A stretch of 63,989 bases of DNA, filler included, from Archaeoglobus sp. JdFR-37 (GTDB taxonomy: Archaea > Halobacteriota > Archaeoglobi > Archaeoglobales > Archaeoglobaceae): NCBI GenBank assembly GCA_002010215.1. It is 5 parts of 4 records of this genome, joined end to end, with 100 filler letters (N's around TTAATTAATTAA, not from the genome) between each part and the next. Parts side by side here need not be neighbours in the genome. Positions count along the whole stretch, not along the records: positions 15,196 to 44,655 come from MTMY01000040.1; positions 44,756 to 60,921 come from MTMY01000016.1; 3 more parts are not named here. The stretch is one strand, 5' to 3'. The first letter of the stretch is position 1, and every line of letters starts with the position of its first letter. The notes under the pieces are model-generated. The model was not told the DNA's origin. It saw only the letters and a program-made list of their open reading frames with translations, and searched no databases. Of the stretch, positions 41,568-51,171 are shown one piece after another. The translations under genes were made by a program, and so were the position numbers.

Positions 41568-42485
41568 TTAATCTCTCTCCAGCAGCACAACCCTGCTTAT
41601 CTCGGACTCATCAGCAATTCTGTATCCGGTAAGTCTGCTGAGCTCCTCTGAAAACTCTCTTACCTCCTGATGCTCCGGCATGGCATCCCTGCTCAGCCTC
41701 AGGCGAGAGTAGCCCAGATGCATGTAGGCTTTAGCCTCCACAAACGTGGGCTGGGATTTGATGATGTGCTCTGCAAAGTTCTCTGCCTTCATGTTCACAC
41801 CCTTGATGAGTGTAAGTCTTATAACTGTTCTACCATCCTTCTCTGAAAGAAGTTTAAGGCTCCTGAGGATTTTGTCCCATTCCTCTGCCTTCCCTCTGTT
41901 TATTGTGATATAGCTATCCCTGCTGTAAGCGGTGAGACTCACGTAGAGCTGGTATGGGTCGATGCCCTCAACCATTTCAGGCCTGGTGCCATTGGTTACA
42001 ACGAAGGTTGTGAAACCTCGCTTGACATATTCTTCAACCAGACCATCAAGATAGGGATAAAGTGTTGGTTCTCCAATGAGGCTTATGGCTACCTGATTTG
42101 GCTGGTAGGCTTCCTTCAACTTCCTTTTATTGACCCCTGCTGTACCGTGAAAGCCGCTGAGCAGGCGATGCTGGGCTTTTATGCTCTCCTCAACGATGTA
42201 ATCGGGAAAATCCCACCCAGATAGATCTTCAAGAAGCTCCAGAGGGCGCCAGCAGTGAATGCAGTGGAGGTTGCATTGCAAAGCAGGAGTCATCTGAAGG
42301 CATCTATGAGAGGCGATGCCGTAGAACTTCTGTTTGTAGCAATAACCCTCATCTTTCAGGGACTTCTTGAGCCAGAGACAGGTCTTTACGGCTGAATGCC
42401 TACCCACTATCTGATAGCCTTTCAGGTCTTTCAGCAGCTTCTGCATTTTTTGCGTGTTTTGTTCGTTTTGCACATTCTGCATCAA
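41568..42485 (-). CDS. taw1: 4-demethylwyosine synthase (radical SAM)
   Basis: HSAVKTC.W, CYK..FYGI.SHRC, CNLHCIHCWR, ISLIGEP, EAKAYM. Confidence 0.93.
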   Translation of the reverse strand: MMQNVQNEQNTQKMQKLLKDLKGYQIVGRHSAVKTCLWLKKSLKDEGYCYKQKFYGIASHRCLQMTPALQCNLHCIHCWRPLELLEDLSGWDFPDYIVEESIKAQHRLLSGFHGTAGVNKRKLKEAYQPNQVAISLIGEPTLYPYLDGLVEEYVKRGFTTFVVTNGTRPEMVEGIDPYQLYVSLTAYSRDSYITINRGKAEEWDKILRSLKLLSEKDGRTVIRLTLIKGVNMKAENFAEHIIKSQPTFVEAKAYMHLGYSRLRLSRDAMPEHQEVREFSEELSRLTGYRIADESEISRVVLLERD

Positions 42486-42532
42486 TCAGGATTGAATAAT
42501 GAAGTATATAAATCTTCAACCGGAGTATTGTC

Positions 42533-43375
42533 ATGGACGCAGCAGATATTAACAACACCATTAACATCAGGGAATTCTACAAGGTTGATGCTTTTACAAC
42601 CCGGCCTTTTAAAGGCAATCCTGCAGCTGTGGTGCTGGTTGAAGAATTTCCAGAATGGAAAGTTATGCGAGATATTGCAGCAGAACTCAACATAACCGAG
42701 ACTGCTTTTATAAAACTGTCTTCAGAAACCCCAGAAATACGTTATTTTACACCAACTACTGAGGTGCCGCTATGCGGACATGCCACCATAGCTTCCCTCT
42801 GCATTCTGAAGCTGAAAGGCTTATCAGGTAAGCTTGAAATTAAAACCAAGGCTGGAGATATTGATGCAGAGATTGGTGAGAAGTTCTGGATGAGGCAAAG
42901 GGATTTTGAGCACAGAGGAAGTATTGATGACAAGACTGTTTCGAAAGCTCTTCGATGTCAGGTTAGTAGTTCAGCAGTGGTTTCAACGGGACTGGATGTA
43001 ATCGTTGCCAGAATTGGGAGCTTTGAGGAGCTTATGTCTCTGAAGCCAGATATGGCGGAAGTGGAGAAGATCTGTAGCGATGCAGGAGCTGCTGGAGTTT
43101 ACGCCTTCACCTTTAATGTGCCCACCTCCAGCGATTGCGCTGCAAGGTTCTTCGCTCCAGCTGTTGGTATAGAAGAAGACCCTGTCACCGGAACCGCAGC
43201 AGGAGCTCTAGGAGGTTATTTGAGGCATATCGGTGAGGGGAAAGACCATCTCACAATTGAACAAGGGCATGCATTAAAGAGGGAGGGTGTGATTCACGTG
43301 AGGGTTAATGATGGTATATGGGTTGGCGGAGATGCCGTGGTTGTTGCGAAGGGGGAGCTACTGGTTCAGGATTAG
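42533..43375 (+). CDS. PhzF-family isomerase
   Basis: VDAFT..F.GNPAAV, ETAF, EVPLCGHAT, EDPVTG. Confidence 0.92.
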   Translation: MDAADINNTINIREFYKVDAFTTRPFKGNPAAVVLVEEFPEWKVMRDIAAELNITETAFIKLSSETPEIRYFTPTTEVPLCGHATIASLCILKLKGLSGKLEIKTKAGDIDAEIGEKFWMRQRDFEHRGSIDDKTVSKALRCQVSSSAVVSTGLDVIVARIGSFEELMSLKPDMAEVEKICSDAGAAGVYAFTFNVPTSSDCAARFFAPAVGIEEDPVTGTAAGALGGYLRHIGEGKDHLTIEQGHALKREGVIHVRVNDGIWVGGDAVVVAKGELLVQD

Positions 43376-43508
43376 CTGCTTGAAGTCTTTCACCAGTTCA
43401 CCAATAATTCATCAATTCATCAATCGAAAGTTATGAAGCCATACACTTTTTTGTGAAGTTTTTATTCAGGAAAAGTTAAAATAATTGACCGTTCATTAAA
43501 CAGATACA

Positions 43509-44417
43509 ATGGCGGTTGGAATTGATTTGCTTCTGGAGGAATTCGTAGCAATAGAACCTGAAGAGCTGAAAAACGTCATAATATTAGTAGCTATACTCTT
43601 CGGCCTTTTGATTCTCACCATGAATATCTACCAGAAGGTCAGGAGGTTCAGAAGTGCCAGAAAATTCTGGATAAAGCATCTAACCAGAGCGGATGAAAAC
43701 TTTGATGTTGCTGTATCGAGCTTTAACTGGTTCATTCTCACACCTCTCAGACTGCACTTTGGATTGCTTGTGCTCTCTTACCTGCCACTCTTTGCCTTGC
43801 TTTTTACACCGTTCTATTTCGGATATTCTGTAACATTGCTTGCCGCTTTATCTGGAGCGCTGATTGTGGCACTCATGAATTATTATATCCACAAAAAAAT
43901 TGAGGGTACGATCTCTTTGAAGTTTTCAGAAACCTTAATTAAAAAATTGAGAAGACTAATCAAGTACAGCCTAGTTCTCAGATATCTCAGTTATGGCATC
44001 TTTTTATTCGTGTTATCTTTGATGTTTCTGATAAGTGATACAGCCCTATCAGACGAAATTCTTCCAGTTCTAGAGAAGTACAGGATCGAAATGGCTGTAT
44101 TACTAGTAATAATTTTAATTTCAACTTTCTCGGTCAGAATATCATGTAAATCTCAGGGAATTACGGTTGATTATCTCAGAAACAGTCTCAACGATTATTA
44201 CGTTAGTAAACCGGATGTTACAGTATTCACTGACGCTGAATCAGGAAAAGTATCGGGTAGATTGGTAGACATCTTTGATAAGGGTGTCTTAACACTTGAG
44301 GATGAGAACGGGCAGAAGTTCCTAATTCCATGGGAGTCCATCGACTTTCTCGCCGTGAAGTCAGAGGATTTAGCGAACTCTGATGAGAAAGAAAGTATTA
44401 CTGAACCACCTGACTGA
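43509..44417 (+). CDS. Membrane protein with a C-terminal small beta (Sm-like?) domain
   Basis: About 5 TM segments, then VTVFT..SGRLVDI..LTLED....LIPWESI. Confidence 0.6.
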   Translation: MAVGIDLLLEEFVAIEPEELKNVIILVAILFGLLILTMNIYQKVRRFRSARKFWIKHLTRADENFDVAVSSFNWFILTPLRLHFGLLVLSYLPLFALLFTPFYFGYSVTLLAALSGALIVALMNYYIHKKIEGTISLKFSETLIKKLRRLIKYSLVLRYLSYGIFLFVLSLMFLISDTALSDEILPVLEKYRIEMAVLLVIILISTFSVRISCKSQGITVDYLRNSLNDYYVSKPDVTVFTDAESGKVSGRLVDIFDKGVLTLEDENGQKFLIPWESIDFLAVKSEDLANSDEKESITEPPD

Positions 44418-44485
44418 CTGGGATCAATCAGACCATAAAGGTCTTATACCTAACAGATGTCTACACAAGCAATCGTGATAATCCC

Positions 44486-44558
44486 GGGTCCGTGGTCTAG
44501 CGGTAATGACGCCTGCCTCACACGCAGGAGGTCCCCGGTTCGAATCCGGGCGGACCCA
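44486..44558 (+). tRNA. tRNA-Val (CAC)
   Basis: GGGTCCG...CGGACCC-A; anticodon arm CCTGC-CTCACAC-GCAGG; T-loop TTCGAAT. Confidence 0.97.
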
Positions 44559-44655
44559 TACCAATTTTGGTTCATGTTCAGAGTTCTGAGAGTTCTTCTT
44601 CCTCTTTATGCAACTCTTTTAGCTCCTTTAGCTCTTCCAGATCCATGTCCCTGAG
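44559..44655 (-). mobile_element. End of a multicopy element abutting the tRNA-Val 3' end (copy 2)
   Basis: Identical to 14999-15095, same junction position and orientation. Confidence 0.7.
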
Positions 44656-44755
44656 NNNNNNNNNNNNNNNNNNNNNNNNNNNNNNNNNNNNNNNNNNNNT
44701 TAATTAATTAANNNNNNNNNNNNNNNNNNNNNNNNNNNNNNNNNNNNNNNNNNNN
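44656..44755. other. Artificial contig spacer
   Basis: N run with TTAATTAATTAA. Confidence 0.98.
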
Positions 44756-45664
44756 CTCAGAGAAATCAAGCCGGACATCATTTACCTTGCATTCTCAGCC
44801 TACGGCCACTTCGGGCCAAAAGCTAGGGAGTTTGCCAAGGTGCCTGACTCCAACCTGTTTGGCTTGGCAAATTCCGGGTACATGAACTCCTGCAAGGAGC
44901 TGCCCGAGGCGGGGGAGCCCTACAACCTGCCAACCGCTCCCGGCTTCTGGATGGCCAGTTATTTCACAGCTATTTACGCAGTTTCAGGTGTTTTCCTTGC
45001 CCTTCTGCACCGCAACAGAACGGGAGAGGGGCAGATGATTGATATCACGTCCACCGAGACAATGATGAAGATAACGGTGGAACTGCAGTGGATTCACTTC
45101 TTCAAGCAGCCCGTTGAAGTTGGCGTGTTACCCCTTGACGCTGGAGTCTTTAGCTACGCTTACTACGAGGTTAAGGACGGTTACGTCTTTGCATCAGGAT
45201 ATACTGATGATAACTTCAATGCGCTAGTCACCCAGATTGAAGCTCCGGAACTTATGGAGAAGTATCCTACGGTTTTCGATAGAACACCCTTGGAGAAGCA
45301 GAGAGAAGCTTACAAAGATATTCAGAAAGCCATCAAGAAGTTTACGTTCCAAGAGCTGGCTAGGAAAATGGTGGAATGGAAGGAGAGAGGCGAAAAAGGC
45401 ACGGCAATCTACGCGAAGGTCCTTACACCCAAAGAGGTTCTGGAGGAGGATTTCTGGTGGAATAAGGCAGTTTTCAGGAAGTACAGGGATAAAAGGTATG
45501 GGGAGCTTGTTGTTGTGAACTCTCCCTGGAGATTCAGCGAGACGCCGCCGAAGTTGAAGTGGCTGTGCAAGAATTTGGGAGAAGATAACAGACACGTCTA
45601 TCACACACTTCTGGGCTTGGGCGATGGAGATCTAGAGGACTTGAGAAAGAATGGGATAATTTAA
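44756..45664 (+). CDS. Family III (CaiB/BaiF) CoA-transferase, 5'-partial
   Basis: LREIKPDIIY..SAYGHFGP, ALLHRNRTGEGQMID, SPWRFSETP, LGEDN. Confidence 0.88.
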   Translation, partial: LREIKPDIIYLAFSAYGHFGPKAREFAKVPDSNLFGLANSGYMNSCKELPEAGEPYNLPTAPGFWMASYFTAIYAVSGVFLALLHRNRTGEGQMIDITSTETMMKITVELQWIHFFKQPVEVGVLPLDAGVFSYAYYEVKDGYVFASGYTDDNFNALVTQIEAPELMEKYPTVFDRTPLEKQREAYKDIQKAIKKFTFQELARKMVEWKERGEKGTAIYAKVLTPKEVLEEDFWWNKAVFRKYRDKRYGELVVVNSPWRFSETPPKLKWLCKNLGEDNRHVYHTLLGLGDGDLEDLRKNGII

Positions 45665-45692
45665 TTTTAATTTTTATTTAACAAAACAGCAA

Positions 45693-46493
45693 TTAGGATA
45701 CCTTCCTGGATCTGCTGATAATTCTTTCAAGGAACATTCTCTGTATGAATGGGATGATGGGCAACTTGATTGTCACTGCCATCCTCTCCTGATTCACCTC
45801 ATAAATAAGCATTGACTCCTTTCCGTCGGCTATGAAAAGGTTTTCAACCCTGTATTCAACACCATCCACTTCTATGCTATCTTTGAACACACTTTTTTTA
45901 AACAGCTGAAAGACTTCACCTATGAAATCTTCAATCTCAACTGGCTCTATAACTTTTGCGTTACCCAACAGACCCGCCAGTTCGTTACGTTCATCCCCTA
46001 TTACGCAAACAACATTCTTTTTGTAAGAAATCTCTCTGATTTTCCAGGCAACATCTTCCACAAGCTCTGCTCTAAAGCATAACACAATAAGTTCTCTTTC
46101 AACTCTCTCAATCAAATCTTCAATCCTGCTTTTTATACTCCAGTCTCCTTTCACGTACCATATTGGTGAGGTTTTTCTGACAGCATCCAGACTTAGCTTT
46201 TCAAGTTCCATCACTGCTTCCTGTGCAGTTGTTACAAAGTCCTCTCTGAGCTTGGATATAACCTTGTTTGGCTCTACAGCTTTATAGCTTATAGGTGTTC
46301 CATGTCTAACTTCAACAAAACCTTTCTTAGCCAGCCCTTCTAGAATATCGTAGACGCGAGGACGAGGAACGCCGCTGGCCTCGTGAATTTGTCTGGCAGT
46401 CCCTTCTCCAAGCCCAACAAGTGCAGCATACACTCTCGCCTCATACTCTTTCAGTCCAAGCCTCACCAACTTGGCAACGACACCTTCAAACAT
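45693..46493 (-). CDS. TrmB-family transcriptional regulator
   Basis: LGLKEYEARVY..L, SGVPRPRVYDIL..L..KG; likely start MFEGVV. Confidence 0.9.
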   Translation of the reverse strand: MFEGVVAKLVRLGLKEYEARVYAALVGLGEGTARQIHEASGVPRPRVYDILEGLAKKGFVEVRHGTPISYKAVEPNKVISKLREDFVTTAQEAVMELEKLSLDAVRKTSPIWYVKGDWSIKSRIEDLIERVERELIVLCFRAELVEDVAWKIREISYKKNVVCVIGDERNELAGLLGNAKVIEPVEIEDFIGEVFQLFKKSVFKDSIEVDGVEYRVENLFIADGKESMLIYEVNQERMAVTIKLPIIPFIQRMFLERIISRSRKVS

Positions 46494-46525
46494 TGTTACT
46501 ATTTCAGTTACAACAAATTTAAATA
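46493..46525. promoter_or_regulatory. TTGTTACT-N5-AGTTACAA inverted repeat plus a shared TTTAAATA TATA box
   Basis: 7/8 palindrome at 46493-46513; TATA-like 46518-46525 midway between divergent starts at 46493 and 46552. Confidence 0.55.
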
Positions 46526-46551
46526 TGTTTTTGCTAGTGAATAAACTGAGT

Positions 46552-47484
46552 ATGGCGGCAAAGCTGGTGGTTGAGAATCTCACTGTCAGATACGGGGAGT
46601 TTTTGGCCGTAGATGGCCTCACCTTTCAGGTTGAGGAAGGGGAAATACTTGGAATGCTGGGGCCAAATGGAGCGGGCAAAACCACCACAATAAAAGCAAT
46701 TCTCGGCCTTCTGCCCTTTGAAGGAAGGATTGAAATAGCTGGGGGAGTTGCAGGTAGCCTTGAAGTGAGAAGAAAAATTGGATACATGCCTCAGAGCTTC
46801 TCTCTGTACCAGAATCTCACGGTTGAGGAAAACTTGCGGTTTTTTGCAGCAATCTATGGAGTTTCAAAAGGTGAAGTGGAAAAGAGGATAAAGGAGTTGC
46901 TGGAAATCGTGAAGCTCCTAAACCGGAAGGATGAGCTGGTAAAGAACCTCAGTGGAGGGATGAAGCAAAGGTTGATGCTCATCTGCTCCATGATTCACGA
47001 CCCTGAGATACTAATACTGGATGAGCCAACTGCTGGCGTTGATCCACCTTTACGAAGAACATTCTGGGAGCACTTCAGGGAGCTGAACGAAGAAGGAAAG
47101 ACTATTCTCGTAACCACTCATTATATGGATGAAGCCGAGAACTGTGACAGACTCATCGTAATGAGAGATGGTACAAAAATAGCTGAAGGCAATGCTGATG
47201 AGATAAAAAAGCAGGCTCTTGGAGGAGAACTCATTATTATTGATTCCACTAAGAATCAGGAAGCATTACAGATTCTCAGAGATGTGGGTTTCGATTCGAA
47301 AATTATTGAGGATAAAATTGCTGTTATTGTTGACAACTCAGCCAGACGCTTACCGGAAGTTGTTGATATTCTCAAGAAAAGAGACGTATCAATTGCTTAC
47401 GCTGAAACAAGAAAGCTCACACTGGAAGATGCTTTTCTCAGGTTTGTGGGTGAGGATGATGCTATGCAGAGCAACAGCGGGTGA
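46552..47484 (+). CDS. ABC-2 exporter ATP-binding protein
   Basis: GPNGAGKTT, LSGGM, LDEPT, TTH. Confidence 0.93.
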   Translation: MAAKLVVENLTVRYGEFLAVDGLTFQVEEGEILGMLGPNGAGKTTTIKAILGLLPFEGRIEIAGGVAGSLEVRRKIGYMPQSFSLYQNLTVEENLRFFAAIYGVSKGEVEKRIKELLEIVKLLNRKDELVKNLSGGMKQRLMLICSMIHDPEILILDEPTAGVDPPLRRTFWEHFRELNEEGKTILVTTHYMDEAENCDRLIVMRDGTKIAEGNADEIKKQALGGELIIIDSTKNQEALQILRDVGFDSKIIEDKIAVIVDNSARRLPEVVDILKKRDVSIAYAETRKLTLEDAFLRFVGEDDAMQSNSG

Positions 47485-48602
47485 CGAAATGGGTGACGAC
47501 TATGATGTCTGAGGTTCTGGCAGTATTTGTGAAGGAGCTAAAGGTAATTTTGAGGGAGAAAAGACTGCTGGCGATTCTGATAATGCAACCCATAATATTG
47601 ATTACAGTATTTGGATATGCCTTCTCTGGAGAGATAAAGAACGTTCCTGCCGCGGTTATTGACGATGACGGCAGTTTTGCCTCAAAGCAGATAATCTCCG
47701 CCATAATCTCCACCGAAGTCCTCGATATAAAGTACTTTGCAGCTACAGCTAGCGAAGCTGTGGACATGATCAAGCGGGGAGACATTCAGGTTGCCATCTA
47801 CATTCCTGAAGGTTTCTACAGAGAGATTAAGAATGGTAGGGGTGAAATAAGGGTTTTTGTCGACGAATCCAACTTCAATGTAGCCATTACATCCATCAAT
47901 CTGATCGAAAGAATCGCATCCTCTTTTTCAAGAGAGTTAAAAGGAGGCATTGCCGTTGAGCAACGCTACATCTTTACCACAAAAACTAGAATGATTGACT
48001 TCATCGCTCCCGCAATCATTGGCGTCGTTATTCAGATGCTGGGTCTAATTCTATCAGCCAGCTCCATTGCGAGGGAGAGGGAGGAGGGGACACTTGAACT
48101 GATTCTGGCAACCCCGCTGAGAAGTGCAGATTTAATCGCAGGTAAATTTCTGGCCATTACCTGCATAATAGTGCTGGACATCTTCAACGTCATGCTTATA
48201 GCCCACTATCTCTTTAATGTGGAGGTGAGGGGCAGCATACTGCTTCTGTTTGCCGTTCAGCTGCTCTTTTTAACAGGCTCTATCGGTCTTGGCTTGGCAA
48301 TATCTGCCGTATCTGCAACGCAATTGCAAGGAATTCAGGCCAGCATGCTGATGGCGATAGTTAGCATCTTTCTTTCAGGCTTTTTCTATCCCCTTGAGAG
48401 CATGCCCGAGGCTGCCAGGCTTATTGCCTACTTCATCCCCCTCACATACGCAAACTTGGCATTCAGAAACGTTATGGTGAAGGGCAATGGGCTAGATGTT
48501 GTTTTTCCTTACGTTGCCGTGCTGGTTTTCTATACCTTGCTCACTACCCTTTTAGCAATTCGTCTTTTGAGGAGAAAAATAGGTACAGGAGGTGTTTCCT
48601 GA
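47481..48602 (+). CDS. ABC-2 exporter permease
   Basis: IAREREEGTLE, LSGFFYP, PLTY. Confidence 0.9.
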   Translation: MTKWVTTMMSEVLAVFVKELKVILREKRLLAILIMQPIILITVFGYAFSGEIKNVPAAVIDDDGSFASKQIISAIISTEVLDIKYFAATASEAVDMIKRGDIQVAIYIPEGFYREIKNGRGEIRVFVDESNFNVAITSINLIERIASSFSRELKGGIAVEQRYIFTTKTRMIDFIAPAIIGVVIQMLGLILSASSIAREREEGTLELILATPLRSADLIAGKFLAITCIIVLDIFNVMLIAHYLFNVEVRGSILLLFAVQLLFLTGSIGLGLAISAVSATQLQGIQASMLMAIVSIFLSGFFYPLESMPEAARLIAYFIPLTYANLAFRNVMVKGNGLDVVFPYVAVLVFYTLLTTLLAIRLLRRKIGTGGVS

Positions 48603-50203
48603 TGAGGTGGTTTATTTTTGTTGTTGTTCTTGTAATTTCAGTTCAGCTTTTAGCTCAACCCTCAGATGCAACATATGCATGGGATGAACCGGAAATTAAT
48701 GCCTACGTTGCCGGAAGCAAAATTATTCCGGCTGGACAGAGTTACGGATTGCAGATAATTCTAGTTAACACAGGAAAACTTGAGAAAGTTAAGAGTGAGT
48801 ATCCGGAGGAAGTAATTCTCAGCAATGTCTCATTGGTAGCCTACAATCTCACAGCGTGGCTTGAAGGTGATGGGAAAATTAAAGTCGTTTCAGACAGGGT
48901 TCTAATTCCTGTTCTGCCAGCCCGGGGTGTGCAAACTGTAACTTTCACCATCCTCACACCTCAGAATGCAACAGGAAAGCACACTCTTACGCTGCATGTA
49001 GAGTACGAGAGGGTGAGAAGTGTTTATGTTTATGATAACAACCTGACGAAGTATTACTACGAAAGAGAGGAGTTAGAATTTCCCATTGAAATTGAAATTG
49101 CACAGAAGACTGAACCCATTATAGGACTCTTCCCCACCAGATCAACCTTTTATACTTCTGAAATTGCTCAACTAACTATCAACGTGGTGAACGAAGGAAA
49201 TGGGGTTGCGAGGGTTGTGGAAATTGCGCTCGAAGGTGATGTAGATATCCTCGACCCGCAAAAAGCCTACATCCCATCAATTCCTCCCGCAGGAATGCAG
49301 ATGACATCTTTCAGCATAAAGGCTGACAGGGCTGGAAGCTACATTATTAGAGCCAACATAAGCTACGAGTACTTCAATGGCAGCCAGTGGGTAAAAGGAA
49401 ATACTGTAGAAGAGTTTGTTGTGAATTTCCAGTCTCTCAGCGGTGGAATTGTAATAACTGCAGGAAACTACGAGTTTGAGAGGGGGGAAAAGGGAGTTCT
49501 GGATGTTTTTGTTATGAACAGCTTCAGCTATCCTGTTTCCTCTCTCATACTTCGACTCTCACAGCCCGAAGGAATCGATTTGAAAATTGAACAGCTCCCC
49601 CTTGGCCACCTCATGCCGGGTGAGGTGAGAAGCGTAAAGGTGCCGGTGGAGATTGATGATAACGCTGGATTCGGATTGCACAGCATTCAGGTCAGTGGAT
49701 TCTACAGACTACTCTCTCCCTACCCTTCGGAAAGCCAGTTTTCAGATGAGATATCCGTCCATATATCACCTGAACCCGACTTCGAAGCAGAGTGCAATCA
49801 GACCATCTATGCCGGAATAGACAATCAAATTGTTGTAGTTAGGCTGATCAACAAGGGGGATTATGCGAAGGATATTCACGCCACCGTAAAACCCTCTCCC
49901 GGGATACTGGTTAAGGTTCCCGAGTCATACATCCAGTCTTTGGAATCTGGAGAAGCTGGAGTCCTGAAATTCAAAGTTGATGTTGATGAAGACGTCATTA
50001 CAGACGCAGTATACAGAATGGAGTTGAAGGTTACAGCTAAGGACGCCGATGGAGATGAGAAAAGTGAAGTGGTCTACTTTTACGTCACCGTAAAGGAGAG
50101 CAGCCAGCTGAGATGGGAGTATTATGTTGCTGCCTTCCTAGTTGCTCTTGTGATTGTGGCTGTGGTGGTGAAGGTGGTGAGGAGGGTTAAAAGGAGGGGT
50201 TGA
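48602..50203 (+). CDS. COG1361 S-layer-domain surface protein
   Basis: Signal peptide, repeated Ig/CARDB-like N.G motifs, C-terminal TM and basic tail. Confidence 0.8.
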   Translation: MRWFIFVVVLVISVQLLAQPSDATYAWDEPEINAYVAGSKIIPAGQSYGLQIILVNTGKLEKVKSEYPEEVILSNVSLVAYNLTAWLEGDGKIKVVSDRVLIPVLPARGVQTVTFTILTPQNATGKHTLTLHVEYERVRSVYVYDNNLTKYYYEREELEFPIEIEIAQKTEPIIGLFPTRSTFYTSEIAQLTINVVNEGNGVARVVEIALEGDVDILDPQKAYIPSIPPAGMQMTSFSIKADRAGSYIIRANISYEYFNGSQWVKGNTVEEFVVNFQSLSGGIVITAGNYEFERGEKGVLDVFVMNSFSYPVSSLILRLSQPEGIDLKIEQLPLGHLMPGEVRSVKVPVEIDDNAGFGLHSIQVSGFYRLLSPYPSESQFSDEISVHISPEPDFEAECNQTIYAGIDNQIVVVRLINKGDYAKDIHATVKPSPGILVKVPESYIQSLESGEAGVLKFKVDVDEDVITDAVYRMELKVTAKDADGDEKSEVVYFYVTVKESSQLRWEYYVAAFLVALVIVAVVVKVVRRVKRRG

Positions 50204-50319
50204 AGGTTGTATTAGGAGATCTCATGTCTTAGAAGAGGAGTCTTAAGGATAGTTGAAAACTTTCGCTACAAAAACAACAAAGATGTAAAGATTAAAAACT
50301 CCGCATAGACTCAGAGGGC

Positions 50320-51162
50320 ATGCAAAACTTCAGACTGCTACTTTTACTTGCTCTCGCAGTCTTGGCAATTTCATCTGCCGCAATTCTCGTTGTTCTGGCA
50401 GGAGCTCCCGGGCCAGTAACGGCTTTCTGGCGCCTTATTCTCTCTATCCCTCTTTTTCTCATATTAAGTCGCTCATTGAGCTTCCCGAGCGACCAAAAGG
50501 CACTCTTTTTCCCGGCAGTTGCCGGAATAGCTCTCGGCATTCACTTCGCAAGCTGGATGGAATCGCTGTTCTACGCTTCAGTTGCTGTCAGCACCACCAT
50601 TGTCTGCACCCATGCCCTGTTTTCTGCCATCTTCTCCACCGCTCTAGGGGAACGGCCAAAGGCTAGACAAGTTCTGGGAGTGGTTCTGGCCATTGTAAGT
50701 GTCTATTTCCTGAGCGGAGCAGATCCAAACTCCAGGCCTGAAGGAATCATTCTAGCATTGATAGGTGCTGTTGCAGGAGGCATTTACTTCACGACTGGCA
50801 GGTTCTCCAGAAACAGGATTGATTTTGGAGCCTATGTCCTCCTGACTTATGTCACCGCAGCCATCGTAACCTTGGTAATCTCAATTATGAATAATCTCTC
50901 ACTTTTCAACTACCGGCTGGAAACATGGGTTTACTTCCTTCTTCTGGCAGCGATTCCCATGATGCTGGGTCACACTCTGATAAATTACATACTGAGGCAC
51001 ATGGGTGTTGTTCCTGTCACAGCAAGTGTAATCGGTGAGGCTGTGGGGGCGACAATTCTTGCATACTTCATACTGGGCCAGTCGTTGCAGTTACAGGCCT
51101 ATTTTTACATGTTTGTGATACTACTGGGGATTGCTCTTGCCATTTGGCATACTGAGAAATGA
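50320..51162 (+). CDS. DMT/EamA transporter
   Basis: About 10 TM segments; AFWRL, HFASW..SL, LGHTL.N. Confidence 0.88.
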   Translation: MQNFRLLLLLALAVLAISSAAILVVLAGAPGPVTAFWRLILSIPLFLILSRSLSFPSDQKALFFPAVAGIALGIHFASWMESLFYASVAVSTTIVCTHALFSAIFSTALGERPKARQVLGVVLAIVSVYFLSGADPNSRPEGIILALIGAVAGGIYFTTGRFSRNRIDFGAYVLLTYVTAAIVTLVISIMNNLSLFNYRLETWVYFLLLAAIPMMLGHTLINYILRHMGVVPVTASVIGEAVGATILAYFILGQSLQLQAYFYMFVILLGIALAIWHTEK

Positions 51163-51171
51163 CTGGGAAGG

